From NCBI GenBank assembly GCA_045617505.1, contig JAZLIS010000103.1, positions 41,424 through 105,423 of the forward strand: DNA of 64,000 nucleotides, read 5' to 3'. Origin of the DNA: Bacteroidales bacterium (GTDB taxonomy: Bacteria > Bacteroidota > Bacteroidia > Bacteroidales > UBA932). A program made the position numbers and the translations under genes. Positions 55,834 through 64,000 of the stretch are shown here, piece by piece (the first letter of the stretch is position 1; each line of letters opens with the position of its first letter). The notes beneath the pieces were generated by a model. The model saw only the letters and a program-made list of their open reading frames with translations, did not search any database and was not told the origin of the DNA.

Positions 55834-57695
55834 GCAGCGAGAAAAGCAGCAGTATCATAGGATTCGCGCTGATAGGCGTAATTCTTCTTCTATTCAGTTG
55901 GTATAATTCGAAACAATACGAAAAGCAGACACGGGAGAACCTCCTCATCCAGGATTCTCTTGCGGTCGCGGCATTTGCCAGCGAGGCTTCCTCCGAAGAG
56001 ATGCAGGCCGCTGCGGACAGCATCGTACTTGCGGAATCTCCCCTGTATCAGAACAATCTCCTCAACGAGGCAAGTGCCGCTGAAGAGGAATTCGTCACAA
56101 TTGAAAACGACAAGCTGAGCCTGACAATCTCAACCAGAGGAGCCCAGCCTCACAGTGTACTGATAAAGGACTATTTCCGCTATGACAGCACAGCTCTCTA
56201 TCTGATTCGTCCCGAAAGGAGCAATTTCGACCTTGAGCTCAACACCGACCAGTGGCTGAACACGGCAGACCTCAATTTCAAGGTATCCAGCAGCAGTGCC
56301 AGTTCTCTCGGGATGAGGCTGAATTTCAGCGATACCTCCTATATTGAAGCTGTTTATGCACTCAAGGAAGGCAGTTACCTTGTCGATTATACACTGAACT
56401 TCGTCGGGATGGACAAGGTCCTCGACCGACGCACCAACCACGTAACGATGGACTGGACAGTCGATCTTCCCCGTCTGGAGAAAGGATACACCAACGAGAA
56501 GAACTACTCCGCCGTGGCATACCGCTATGCCTCGAACAGTGACGTGAAGACCGTCGGCCAGAGGAAAGAGTCCATCAAGGAGACCTTCAGTTCAAACCTG
56601 CGCTGGTTCGGTTTCCAGCAACAGTTCTTCTCCGCCATTATGGTCGCTCCCGAGGATTTCACCGGAGGTACCCTTGTCAACAAATTCTATGAAGAGGGTG
56701 ACACATCGGGCAACCTGATGCAGTCAGGAGCCGAAATGACTTTTGAAATAGACCCGAGAAACCCCGATTTCTCCGTTCCCTTCAATTTCTATTTCGGCCC
56801 GAACCACTATTACACCCTGAAGAGCTTCAATCAGGGTTTCGAGAAGATCATCCCTCTGGGAGGCAAGGTAATAGGCACCATCAGCCGATACGTCATCATC
56901 CCAATATTCAACTGGTTGAGCAAGTACATCGCAAGTTACGGCCTTATTATCCTGATTCTGACCATCATAATAAAGACTGTGATTTCACCGCTGACAATAC
57001 GTTCATACAAGTCCTCCGCAAAGATGAAGGTCCTGCAGCCCGAGATTCAGAAAATCAACGAGCGATACCCCAAGCAGGAGGATGCGATGAAGAAACAGCA
57101 GGCCACGATGGACCTCTACAACCGCGCAGGTGTAAGTATGTGGGGAGGATGTCTTCCCGTACTGCTCCAATTTCCCATCCTGTGGGCGATGTTCCGGTTC
57201 TTCCCAGCATCATTTGAGTTGCGCCAACAGAGTTTTCTCTGGGCGGATGACCTCAGCGGATACGATTCAATCCTCGACTTCGGTTTCAACATACCATTCT
57301 ACGGTGACCATATCTCCCTCTTCGCGCTGCTGATGGGCGTGTCAATGTGGGGCTACTCAAAGATGACGCTATCTCAGGTACAGGCGACTTCGATGCCTGG
57401 AATGAAATTTATGCAGCTATGGTTCATGCCCATTTTTATGGTAATCCTCTGCAACAATTTCTCCGCCGGTCTGTCATACTACTACTTCCTGAGCAACCTG
57501 ATTACCATCGGCCAGAACTGGGCCATCAGAAAATGGTTCGTGGATGAGGAAAAAATCTATGCAGCCCTCAAGCAGAAGGCTTCTTCCGGCAAACCCGTGA
57601 AGAAATCCAAATGGCGCCAGCGCCTTGATGAAGCTTACAAGATTCAGCAGGAGCAGATGAAAGCCCAGCAGAAAGGAAAAGGGGGACGCAGATAA
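55830..57695 (+). CDS. yidC: membrane protein insertase YidC
   Basis: 621 aa: N-terminal TM helix, large periplasmic domain, C-terminal 60-kDa IMP core and basic tail. ATGA overlap with the DUF349 gene. Confidence 0.85.
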   Translation: MSSEKSSSIIGFALIGVILLLFSWYNSKQYEKQTRENLLIQDSLAVAAFASEASSEEMQAAADSIVLAESPLYQNNLLNEASAAEEEFVTIENDKLSLTISTRGAQPHSVLIKDYFRYDSTALYLIRPERSNFDLELNTDQWLNTADLNFKVSSSSASSLGMRLNFSDTSYIEAVYALKEGSYLVDYTLNFVGMDKVLDRRTNHVTMDWTVDLPRLEKGYTNEKNYSAVAYRYASNSDVKTVGQRKESIKETFSSNLRWFGFQQQFFSAIMVAPEDFTGGTLVNKFYEEGDTSGNLMQSGAEMTFEIDPRNPDFSVPFNFYFGPNHYYTLKSFNQGFEKIIPLGGKVIGTISRYVIIPIFNWLSKYIASYGLIILILTIIIKTVISPLTIRSYKSSAKMKVLQPEIQKINERYPKQEDAMKKQQATMDLYNRAGVSMWGGCLPVLLQFPILWAMFRFFPASFELRQQSFLWADDLSGYDSILDFGFNIPFYGDHISLFALLMGVSMWGYSKMTLSQVQATSMPGMKFMQLWFMPIFMVILCNNFSAGLSYYYFLSNLITIGQNWAIRKWFVDEEKIYAALKQKASSGKPVKKSKWRQRLDEAYKIQQEQMKAQQKGKGGRR

Positions 57696-57710
57696 TTCGA
57701 CAAACAGGAG

Positions 57711-58346
57711 ATGATTTCCGAGCGCATCATTGAACTGAAGTCGGAGTTGCCCGCCGGTGTCAAGCTGGTGGCGGTATCCAAATACAGGAGTACAGATGAA
57801 ATTCTGCAGGCATATTACGCCGGTCAGCGCTCATTTGCGGAAAGCCGTCCTCAGGAACTTGCGCAGAAAGCCGCTTCACTTCCCCGGGATATAGAGTGGC
57901 ATTTCATCGGCCATCTCCAGACAAACAAGATCAAGCTGATACTCCCTTATGTATCTCTCATCCAGTCCGTGGATTCCCTCCATCTGCTCAAGGAAATCGA
58001 CAGGCAGGCGGCCACAGCCGGCAAAAAGGCGGAGTGCCTGCTGGAAGTCCATATCTCCAAGGAAGAGAGCAAACAGGGGTTCCTCCCCGAAGAGGTTGGC
58101 GGAATAATAAAAAACCGCTCTGAATTTCCGAACATCATACTTCGCGGGGTAATGGGAATGGCTTCACTCACTGACGACGGGAATATCGTCAGAAGTGAAT
58201 TCAGGATGTTGAAAAGCATTTCCGACAGCATTTCCGACAAAGGTTCTGACATAGTCTCAATGGGAATGTCATCGGACTACAAGCTTGCCGTGCAGGAAGG
58301 CACGAATCTTGTCAGAATCGGAACGTCAATTTTCGGAGAAAGATAA
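57711..58346 (+). CDS. yggS: YggS-family pyridoxal-phosphate homeostasis protein
   Basis: Carries KLVAVSKYRS (PLP lysine), WHFIGHLQTNK and LSMGMSSDY. Confidence 0.85.
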   Translation: MISERIIELKSELPAGVKLVAVSKYRSTDEILQAYYAGQRSFAESRPQELAQKAASLPRDIEWHFIGHLQTNKIKLILPYVSLIQSVDSLHLLKEIDRQAATAGKKAECLLEVHISKEESKQGFLPEEVGGIIKNRSEFPNIILRGVMGMASLTDDGNIVRSEFRMLKSISDSISDKGSDIVSMGMSSDYKLAVQEGTNLVRIGTSIFGER

Positions 58347-58348
58347 AA

Positions 58349-59041
58349 ATGAAAATCAAAAGAGCATCAATGATGGCCATAGTCGTCTTTCTTGCATCCT
58401 GCAAGGAAGTGCCTATGGAAGAACAGATTTCGAGACTTTATGAAAGTTCCTCTCCCCAGGATGAAACCACTGCCAGAATCGAAAAGGCCGAAAGCCTTGA
58501 TCAAAGTGATCTTTGGGATTATTACTCATATCTTCTGGCGAAGGAGGCGGGAGTCAAACTTGGAGAAATATATGATGAAGAGGATGGTCTTCTGACTGCC
58601 CGATATTTCGGGAGAAATAAAAAGGATATCTCTTCAGTTACAATGACTGCCAGACTGGACGAATATTCTGCCTGCATTACGGCCATCGAGGTGCTGAAAT
58701 TGTACAAAAATTCCAAGATACGGCCCAATCACAACATCAGGCTGGTCATCTATGCGGACAGTACCGCTGTACCGGTAAGTATGAAATCCAACAACCTGCT
58801 GCTGATGAATCTCCACTGCTCCGACACTCTTGAAAAACATACCTTCATCATCAGGGAAGCGGAGCCCATTTATCAGAAAATAATGGAAGTAATCCCTCCA
58901 TATTTCCAGCCCTACGGGTCCTACACTTTCAAAAATGAAGCCCGTACCAAAATGGATGCCATCTACGACTATAACGTCAGCAAAGAAGATTTGGGAAAGG
59001 AAACGGCAACAGTGGCAAGCCTTATACACATCCTGAACTAG
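58349..59041 (+). CDS. hypothetical lipoprotein
   Basis: 230 aa with lipobox FLASCK. No family recognised. Confidence 0.45.
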   Translation: MKIKRASMMAIVVFLASCKEVPMEEQISRLYESSSPQDETTARIEKAESLDQSDLWDYYSYLLAKEAGVKLGEIYDEEDGLLTARYFGRNKKDISSVTMTARLDEYSACITAIEVLKLYKNSKIRPNHNIRLVIYADSTAVPVSMKSNNLLLMNLHCSDTLEKHTFIIREAEPIYQKIMEVIPPYFQPYGSYTFKNEARTKMDAIYDYNVSKEDLGKETATVASLIHILN

Positions 59042-61197
59042 AAAGGATATCCGATTCCGAAATGCAGTGAATAGCCGTCATTGCGGAACCACTCTCCCGG
59101 ACCTCTCCATCGCATTGTCACAGGGTCATACTCTTTCAGACCCATATCAAGCCTGACAAGGATAAGTCCGAAATCCATCCTCAGCCCCACACCCCAGCTG
59201 AATGCTGTCGATTTGAGGAAGTTTGCATCAAAGAAACTGCGGTCATCCTCTACCACTTCCATCCCCTTTTTCTTCATCAGCCACACGTTTCCCGCATCCG
59301 CGAATGCAGCCCCCTCGAACTTCCAGAACATAGGGAACCTGAACTCGAGATTAGCCTCAAGACGCATATCTCCGCTCTGGCTGAAAATCTTGAAGGTAGT
59401 GTCAACCGGTGCACCGCCGGGACCCACTGAACGGGCCTGCCATCCGCGCAGGCTGTTCGACCCTCCGGAATAGAAAAGTTGTTCAAAAGGCAGGGACTTG
59501 GAATTACCGTAAGCGAAGCCCATACCCACAAGAAACCTTCCGGCCAGAGAAAGCCGGTCATCACGGCCGAACCGCAAAGTCTCCACAAGTGAAAGTTCAC
59601 TCCTTACGTATTGGGAGTAAGGCACATCCCATATCACCCTTTCACCATCCTCATTCTGCTTCATGACTTTGTTGAGAAGGGAAAGCACATTGCCGGCATA
59701 GTTGTTCTGAAGTCTCAGATAGAAATAGCTGTGTTCCGGCTTTGTCGAAGGGTCCGTGGTATAATAGAGAGCCGCACTTCCACCGATATCGAAGTGGTTG
59801 CTGTAGGCGTTCCTCATATAGGGATCCGTCAGGGAGCGGGAGAATTCCTCACTGATGTTGAAAAGCCGGACGATATTGGCGCGCAAAGGATAAATCTGGA
59901 AATAGAGATTCCTGTTGGCGGTCCAGCTGTATCCATAGACAACGGAGAATATGTTTCTGGTATATTCCGGACGGTTCTGGTAGTTATAGGAGAAACTCAT
60001 GTCCGTCCAGGGGATTTCCTTCCTGAAGAGTTTGCTCGGGAGCAGGAGAAAACGTGGGAATCTCAGGCTGGCGTTCACCGAAAACTCGGTGGATTTCGCG
60101 GTATTTTTCGGTTTGAACTGGAAATCGCCCTTGATACCCGCATTGAATATCTCTCCGGACCCGAAGATATTCTTATGTCCGTATGAAATTGACGGCGCGA
60201 TACTGAAGAACGAGTTGGAGTTGTACGAAGCCTCAAAATTGAGCTTGACGGACTGCAGTTTCGAAGGCGAAACGATAATGTTGCAGTCAACAGTAGTCGA
60301 ATCGGACTCCTTCATATTCAGGTTCACCGTATTGAATACGGGAATACCGGAAAACCTGTCGTATGTGGTCTTGACCTCCTTCTCGGAATAGAGGTCACCT
60401 GTCTTGAGCAGATTGAGGCTCTGAAGAAAACTCTCCTTGACCTTGAACCCTTTCTTAGGCATTATCGTGACATCTCCAACAGTATATTTCCTGTGGGGAC
60501 GGGCAGTTGAAGTGTCCTGATTGCGGGTATAATTTTCCATCCTGACCGTCAAGTCGCAATGTCCTGGGACTGTGGCGGTATCCGCATAAAAGAAGAAATG
60601 GTTTTTTGAGAAACCGTAATATCCGTTGTCACGGTAAAGACTCTCAAGCCTTTCACTTTCCCTTTCCAATGCCTCCTGCGAGAGAATATCTCCCTTGGAG
60701 AGAGTAAAATTGGCCGAATCGGACGCGAAGATGGCGGCCATCTCAGCATCCGGTATGTGATAGAAAACGCTGTCAATGACATACCCGTCACCAAGGTGCA
60801 CCCTATAGCGCACTCTGGCCTGTTTTCCATTTATCACCACCGACGGCTCGATGGTGGAATTGTATCTCCCGATATAGTCGAGATGATTGAGCATGCTGCT
60901 CACGGAAGGCTCCACCAGTGTGGAATCAAAAATAACCGGCGCATCACCGATTTTCTCGACCATCCTGTCCCAGCCGGTGCCCTTTCCGCTGCTCCAGTTA
61001 TAGACATACATCCCCGGAGTCCAGCCGGCCGGCCTCTGCTTGGCATACGTGACAAGATTGCTGCCCTTGAATTTGTCATCATTGAGAATATCCACCTTGA
61101 CCTCCGCAAGACGGGCTCGACCATCCGGCAGACGTCTCGTTGTCGAGCAAGCTGCCGCAAGCAACAGTATCAGCGCGTATATTACAAGTCTTTTCAT
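59038..61197 (-). CDS. BamA/TamA-family outer-membrane protein (surface antigen D15 barrel)
   Basis: 719 aa with an N-terminal signal peptide and lipobox. C-terminal barrel motifs include YSGGSNSLRGW and a terminal aromatic residue (GIGYPF). Confidence 0.7.
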   Translation of the reverse strand: MKRLVIYALILLLAAACSTTRRLPDGRARLAEVKVDILNDDKFKGSNLVTYAKQRPAGWTPGMYVYNWSSGKGTGWDRMVEKIGDAPVIFDSTLVEPSVSSMLNHLDYIGRYNSTIEPSVVINGKQARVRYRVHLGDGYVIDSVFYHIPDAEMAAIFASDSANFTLSKGDILSQEALERESERLESLYRDNGYYGFSKNHFFFYADTATVPGHCDLTVRMENYTRNQDTSTARPHRKYTVGDVTIMPKKGFKVKESFLQSLNLLKTGDLYSEKEVKTTYDRFSGIPVFNTVNLNMKESDSTTVDCNIIVSPSKLQSVKLNFEASYNSNSFFSIAPSISYGHKNIFGSGEIFNAGIKGDFQFKPKNTAKSTEFSVNASLRFPRFLLLPSKLFRKEIPWTDMSFSYNYQNRPEYTRNIFSVVYGYSWTANRNLYFQIYPLRANIVRLFNISEEFSRSLTDPYMRNAYSNHFDIGGSAALYYTTDPSTKPEHSYFYLRLQNNYAGNVLSLLNKVMKQNEDGERVIWDVPYSQYVRSELSLVETLRFGRDDRLSLAGRFLVGMGFAYGNSKSLPFEQLFYSGGSNSLRGWQARSVGPGGAPVDTTFKIFSQSGDMRLEANLEFRFPMFWKFEGAAFADAGNVWLMKKKGMEVVEDDRSFFDANFLKSTAFSWGVGLRMDFGLILVRLDMGLKEYDPVTMRWRGPGEWFRNDGYSLHFGIGYPF

Positions 61198-61895
61198 CTT
61201 CTGCGGAATTCACTGCAGACGACGGCGGCGGCCATCGCCACGTTCAAGGATTCACAGACAGTCCTGCCTGTCGAGAAGGATGGGATTGTCAACTTTCGCG
61301 TCACACACTTCCCAACTGCCGCAGAAATGCCGTCAGACTCTGACCCCATCACAATGACTCCCCTGTCAGGTAGTTCGGCCCCGTATATGTTCTCTCCTTC
61401 AAGATATGTCCCGAAGACCGGGCATCCTGCTCCCGACAGGGTTTCAGCAAGATTGCAATATGAGAATCTGACGCGGAAGAGAGCGCCCATAGTTGCCTGA
61501 ACAACTTTGGGATTGTATATTTCAACGGTATCGGGGGATGCTATTATATTCCTGATTCCGAACCAGTCCGCAAGCCGTATGATAGTACCGACATTGCCCG
61601 GATCACGAAGGCCGTCGAGAGCGATGGTAAGAGAGTCTGCATCTATGTTGCATCCGACCGGGGAATCAGGCATCTTCACCACTGCCAGCACAGGAGACGG
61701 CGAAGAGAGAAGGGAAATCCTGGACATAGTCTCGTAGCCTATTTCTTCGGTCCGAAGAACCCTGACCACCTCGAAATCAGAAGCGGCGGCCTCGGCCACA
61801 AGCTTCTCCCCTTCCACTATGAAAAGTCTCCGTTCATCGCGGAATTTCTTTTGGGAAAGTGCCCTGATATCCTTTATCTCATTTTTTGACAACAT
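61194..61895 (-). CDS. TrmH/SpoU-family RNA methyltransferase
   Basis: Carries LDGLRDPGNVGTIIRLADWFG and ESLNVAMAAAV. The ATG at 61895 is preferred over the TTG at 61904. Confidence 0.8.
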   Translation of the reverse strand: MLSKNEIKDIRALSQKKFRDERRLFIVEGEKLVAEAAASDFEVVRVLRTEEIGYETMSRISLLSSPSPVLAVVKMPDSPVGCNIDADSLTIALDGLRDPGNVGTIIRLADWFGIRNIIASPDTVEIYNPKVVQATMGALFRVRFSYCNLAETLSGAGCPVFGTYLEGENIYGAELPDRGVIVMGSESDGISAAVGKCVTRKLTIPSFSTGRTVCESLNVAMAAAVVCSEFRRR

Positions 61896-63405
61896 ATTCC
61901 ACAAAATCAGAATTCCGGTTGAAAACAGAGAGAGAATAGCCGTACGGTACTATTGAAAGATTTACGACAGACGGGCCCTGCGGGACCTTGAAATAAAAAT
62001 ATGCCTCCGGTGGTATATTGACGGTAACGTCCACCTCCCGCCCGCTGAAATTTGCGGCAAGAAGGAACACCCTTCCTCCAAAGCCGCGCATCCAGACGAA
62101 GGTTGTGTCGGAATTGAATGACAGAGAAGCCGTGTTCACATACATAAGGTCGTATGAGCCTCCTTTGGCAAAAGCAGGCTCCTCAACGGCAAGTTTCAGG
62201 AGTTTTGCATATTCCTCATAGACCCTCCTTTCAGATGCGCAGAGTTGCCCATCAATGGCACGTTTCACTGAGGGGACAGTGCAGTAATCGAAAATGGAGG
62301 TCCTTCCGTCAATCCCGCTGAAGCCCTCGGACTCCATACCTCTCTCCCCGTACTCCTGCCCGAAATAAAGCATGAAGGGGGCCGTGTTGAAGAGCAGCGA
62401 AACGGCAAGTGCAGCATACGAACGTGAGGCATCCCCGGCGAAGAAATCGGAGGCAATTCTCTGTTCATCGTGATTTTCAAGGAAATTGAGCATACGTGAT
62501 TGCAGATCTCCCAGAAACTGCCACTCTGCGGTGAGGTCCGAAGCGTTTCCGGAGCCGGTGACTATCCTGCGGAGACAGTCATAGAAACCGGACTTGTCAT
62601 AAAGAAGGTCAAATCCGACATCAGCGTAGCGCCTGTAATTCTCCTTGCCATATACCTCGGCCACAAAAAACAGGTCAGGATATTTCCTCCGGACTCCGGA
62701 AAAGGCGTATGCAAAGAAATCCGGAGTCACGAGTTCCACCATATCGCAGCGGAAACCGTCAACCCCCTTGTCTGCCCAGAATTCGAGTATTCGGACCATC
62801 TTCTCCCATGTACCCCTGTTGTCGTAATTCAGTTTGACGGTATCGTACCAGTCATTGACCGAAGGAGTTGTATTGAACACATCGTTTCCGGTCGCCCTTG
62901 CCGGGGATTCAACGTACGGCATCCCTTCGCATCCGCAGGGCAGACAGAGATCTCCGTAAAGGGTGTAGAAATTGTCATCCGTGAAATAACCGTTGTGCTG
63001 ACGCGCCACGTGGTTCGGCACAAAGTCGATTATTACTTTCATCCCGGCACGATGAGTTCTCTCCACAAGAGCCAGAAATTCATCCATACGTTTTTCCGTC
63101 TCCACGGCAAGTGCCGGGTCAAGGTCGAAATAGTCGCGGATGGCGTATGGGGAACCCGCCTCACCTTTGACAAGCGACGGATGACTCGCCGGGATTCCAG
63201 TGAATGATGTCAATGTTGCGTGGGAGAGCACGCCCGAATACCATATAGCTCCCACTGACATCTCCCGGAGCGATGCGAGATACCCGTCGGTGACATCGTT
63301 GAACTTTCCGCTCCCGTTTGTGTCAAAGGAGCCTCCGGGAACACATTCCCGATTCCCGAAGGCTCTTAAAAGCAATTGATATATGACGAACTTGCCGCCT
63401 ACCAA
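61879..63405 (-). CDS. GH13 alpha-amylase-family glycoside hydrolase
   Basis: Carries VIYQLLLRAFGN, DFVPNHV, GFRCDMV and FLENHDE. The only available start is TTG at 63405. Confidence 0.8.
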   Translation of the reverse strand: MVGGKFVIYQLLLRAFGNRECVPGGSFDTNGSGKFNDVTDGYLASLREMSVGAIWYSGVLSHATLTSFTGIPASHPSLVKGEAGSPYAIRDYFDLDPALAVETEKRMDEFLALVERTHRAGMKVIIDFVPNHVARQHNGYFTDDNFYTLYGDLCLPCGCEGMPYVESPARATGNDVFNTTPSVNDWYDTVKLNYDNRGTWEKMVRILEFWADKGVDGFRCDMVELVTPDFFAYAFSGVRRKYPDLFFVAEVYGKENYRRYADVGFDLLYDKSGFYDCLRRIVTGSGNASDLTAEWQFLGDLQSRMLNFLENHDEQRIASDFFAGDASRSYAALAVSLLFNTAPFMLYFGQEYGERGMESEGFSGIDGRTSIFDYCTVPSVKRAIDGQLCASERRVYEEYAKLLKLAVEEPAFAKGGSYDLMYVNTASLSFNSDTTFVWMRGFGGRVFLLAANFSGREVDVTVNIPPEAYFYFKVPQGPSVVNLSIVPYGYSLSVFNRNSDFVEYVVKK

Positions 63406-64000
63406 TTCAATATCTTCTTGAAATCATACTCGGAAGGATCGGATACAAACTTCTTTGCAGCCTGATAGTCATCCGGAGTGATAAAATGGCAGATGTTATT
63501 GAAATAGTTCTGCGCGGTGCCACCGTCGATGTTAACCCTGCGTGGCGGAATCTTGCCCTCGGCATTCTGCAGGTCGTGCAGATAGAGAGGATGGGCGGTA
63601 CCTTCGGAATCGACATAAACCATACATCCGGTCTCACCCTTCTTGAAGAGTTCGTATGCTCCCATTGCAAGTTCCGAGCAATAAGTCAGGTCGAAAGCGA
63701 TAGGATCCTGACAACGCACGTCGTACCCGATTTCGATGGGACGGGTCTTGACCTTCATACCCAGTTTCTTGAACTCTTTTTCAAGAATATCGTTGAAGAG
63801 GACAGCCTTAGAAATTTTGCCCAATTCGGGATGTCCGTGCTCGTCGTATGTCATATTCACCCCCGTACCCTTGAGGTCTTCGGGGTCAAGGTCGTGGAAA
63901 ACGCCTTCAGCCACAACCACAGTACCGTAGGGGATGCCGAGAATGGAACGTTTCACAATCGCCGAAATCGTCAGCTTTATAATCTTGTCGATGGTGATTT
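63399..64000 (-). CDS. phosphofructokinase family protein (probably PPi-dependent), C-terminal part; 5' end lies outside the window
   Basis: The frame stays open to the window edge (...ITIDKIIKLTISAIVKRSILGIPYGTVVVAEG), so the track's 'M' at 63956 is an internal GTG. Confidence 0.7.
   Translation of the reverse strand, partial: ITIDKIIKLTISAIVKRSILGIPYGTVVVAEGVFHDLDPEDLKGTGVNMTYDEHGHPELGKISKAVLFNDILEKEFKKLGMKVKTRPIEIGYDVRCQDPIAFDLTYCSELAMGAYELFKKGETGCMVYVDSEGTAHPLYLHDLQNAEGKIPPRRVNIDGGTAQNYFNNICHFITPDDYQAAKKFVSDPSEYDFKKILNW

Noticed and set aside
1-64000. A search by eye for CRISPR arrays, rRNA genes, IS elements, integrases, prophage modules and long tandem repeats.
   Set aside because: I found none. 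The only repeats seen are the short direct and inverted repeats listed above. A computational repeat search could still reveal dispersed copies that I missed.

Overview
This is a Bacteroidales-type chromosome segment. It has Bacteroidetes-style TTTG / TAnnTTTG promoters and many ATGA stop/start overlaps, and the housekeeping part looks roughly 50% GC by eye. The family (possibly Muribaculaceae-like) is only a guess. About 65 coding regions are supported. The ORF track accepts TTG and GTG starts, so I moved several starts to the nearest in-frame ATG. Region 1-19.4 kb is an accessory surface-glycan locus: a FabG-like SDR / KAS III / VOC / FkbH-like HAD-IIIC / ACP tailoring cassette, seven glycosyltransferases (GT2, GT4, one GT10 fucosyltransferase) and a YfhO-like membrane protein. 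A roughly 6 kb island of co-oriented accessory genes (9.1-15.1 kb) splits this locus. The island holds an XRE fusion plus a small protein, an AAA ATPase, HicAB, an orphan HipB-like XRE, and a tightly coupled three-gene operon. That operon (11425-13582, minus strand) is my main candidate for an undescribed system: an AbiEi-like wHTH, an AbiEii/DUF1814-like nucleotidyltransferase, and a lambda-phosphatase-like metallophosphoesterase, with its own consensus promoter and a 19-bp palindromic operator. I saw no integrase or transposase in the island, but two cassettes are bracketed by direct repeats: a 67-70 bp repeat pair around hicAB, and a decayed ATPase 3' end that duplicates the end of the intact ATPase. 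The remaining 19.4-64 kb is mostly housekeeping. It contains recQ, a yigZ-serC-serA-DUF1015-MFS-ROK block, miaA, pepD, rpsF-rpsR-rplI, recJ-ssb, aroE, lysS, a cobalamin riboswitch driving btuB plus a BtuFCD-like transporter, tRNA-Ser(UGA), rhaBAD, a DUF349 protein, yidC, yggS, a BamA/TamA-like protein, a GH13 enzyme and a partial phosphofructokinase. I recognised no rRNA, CRISPR array or IS element. All family assignments come from motif recognition by eye, with no database search.
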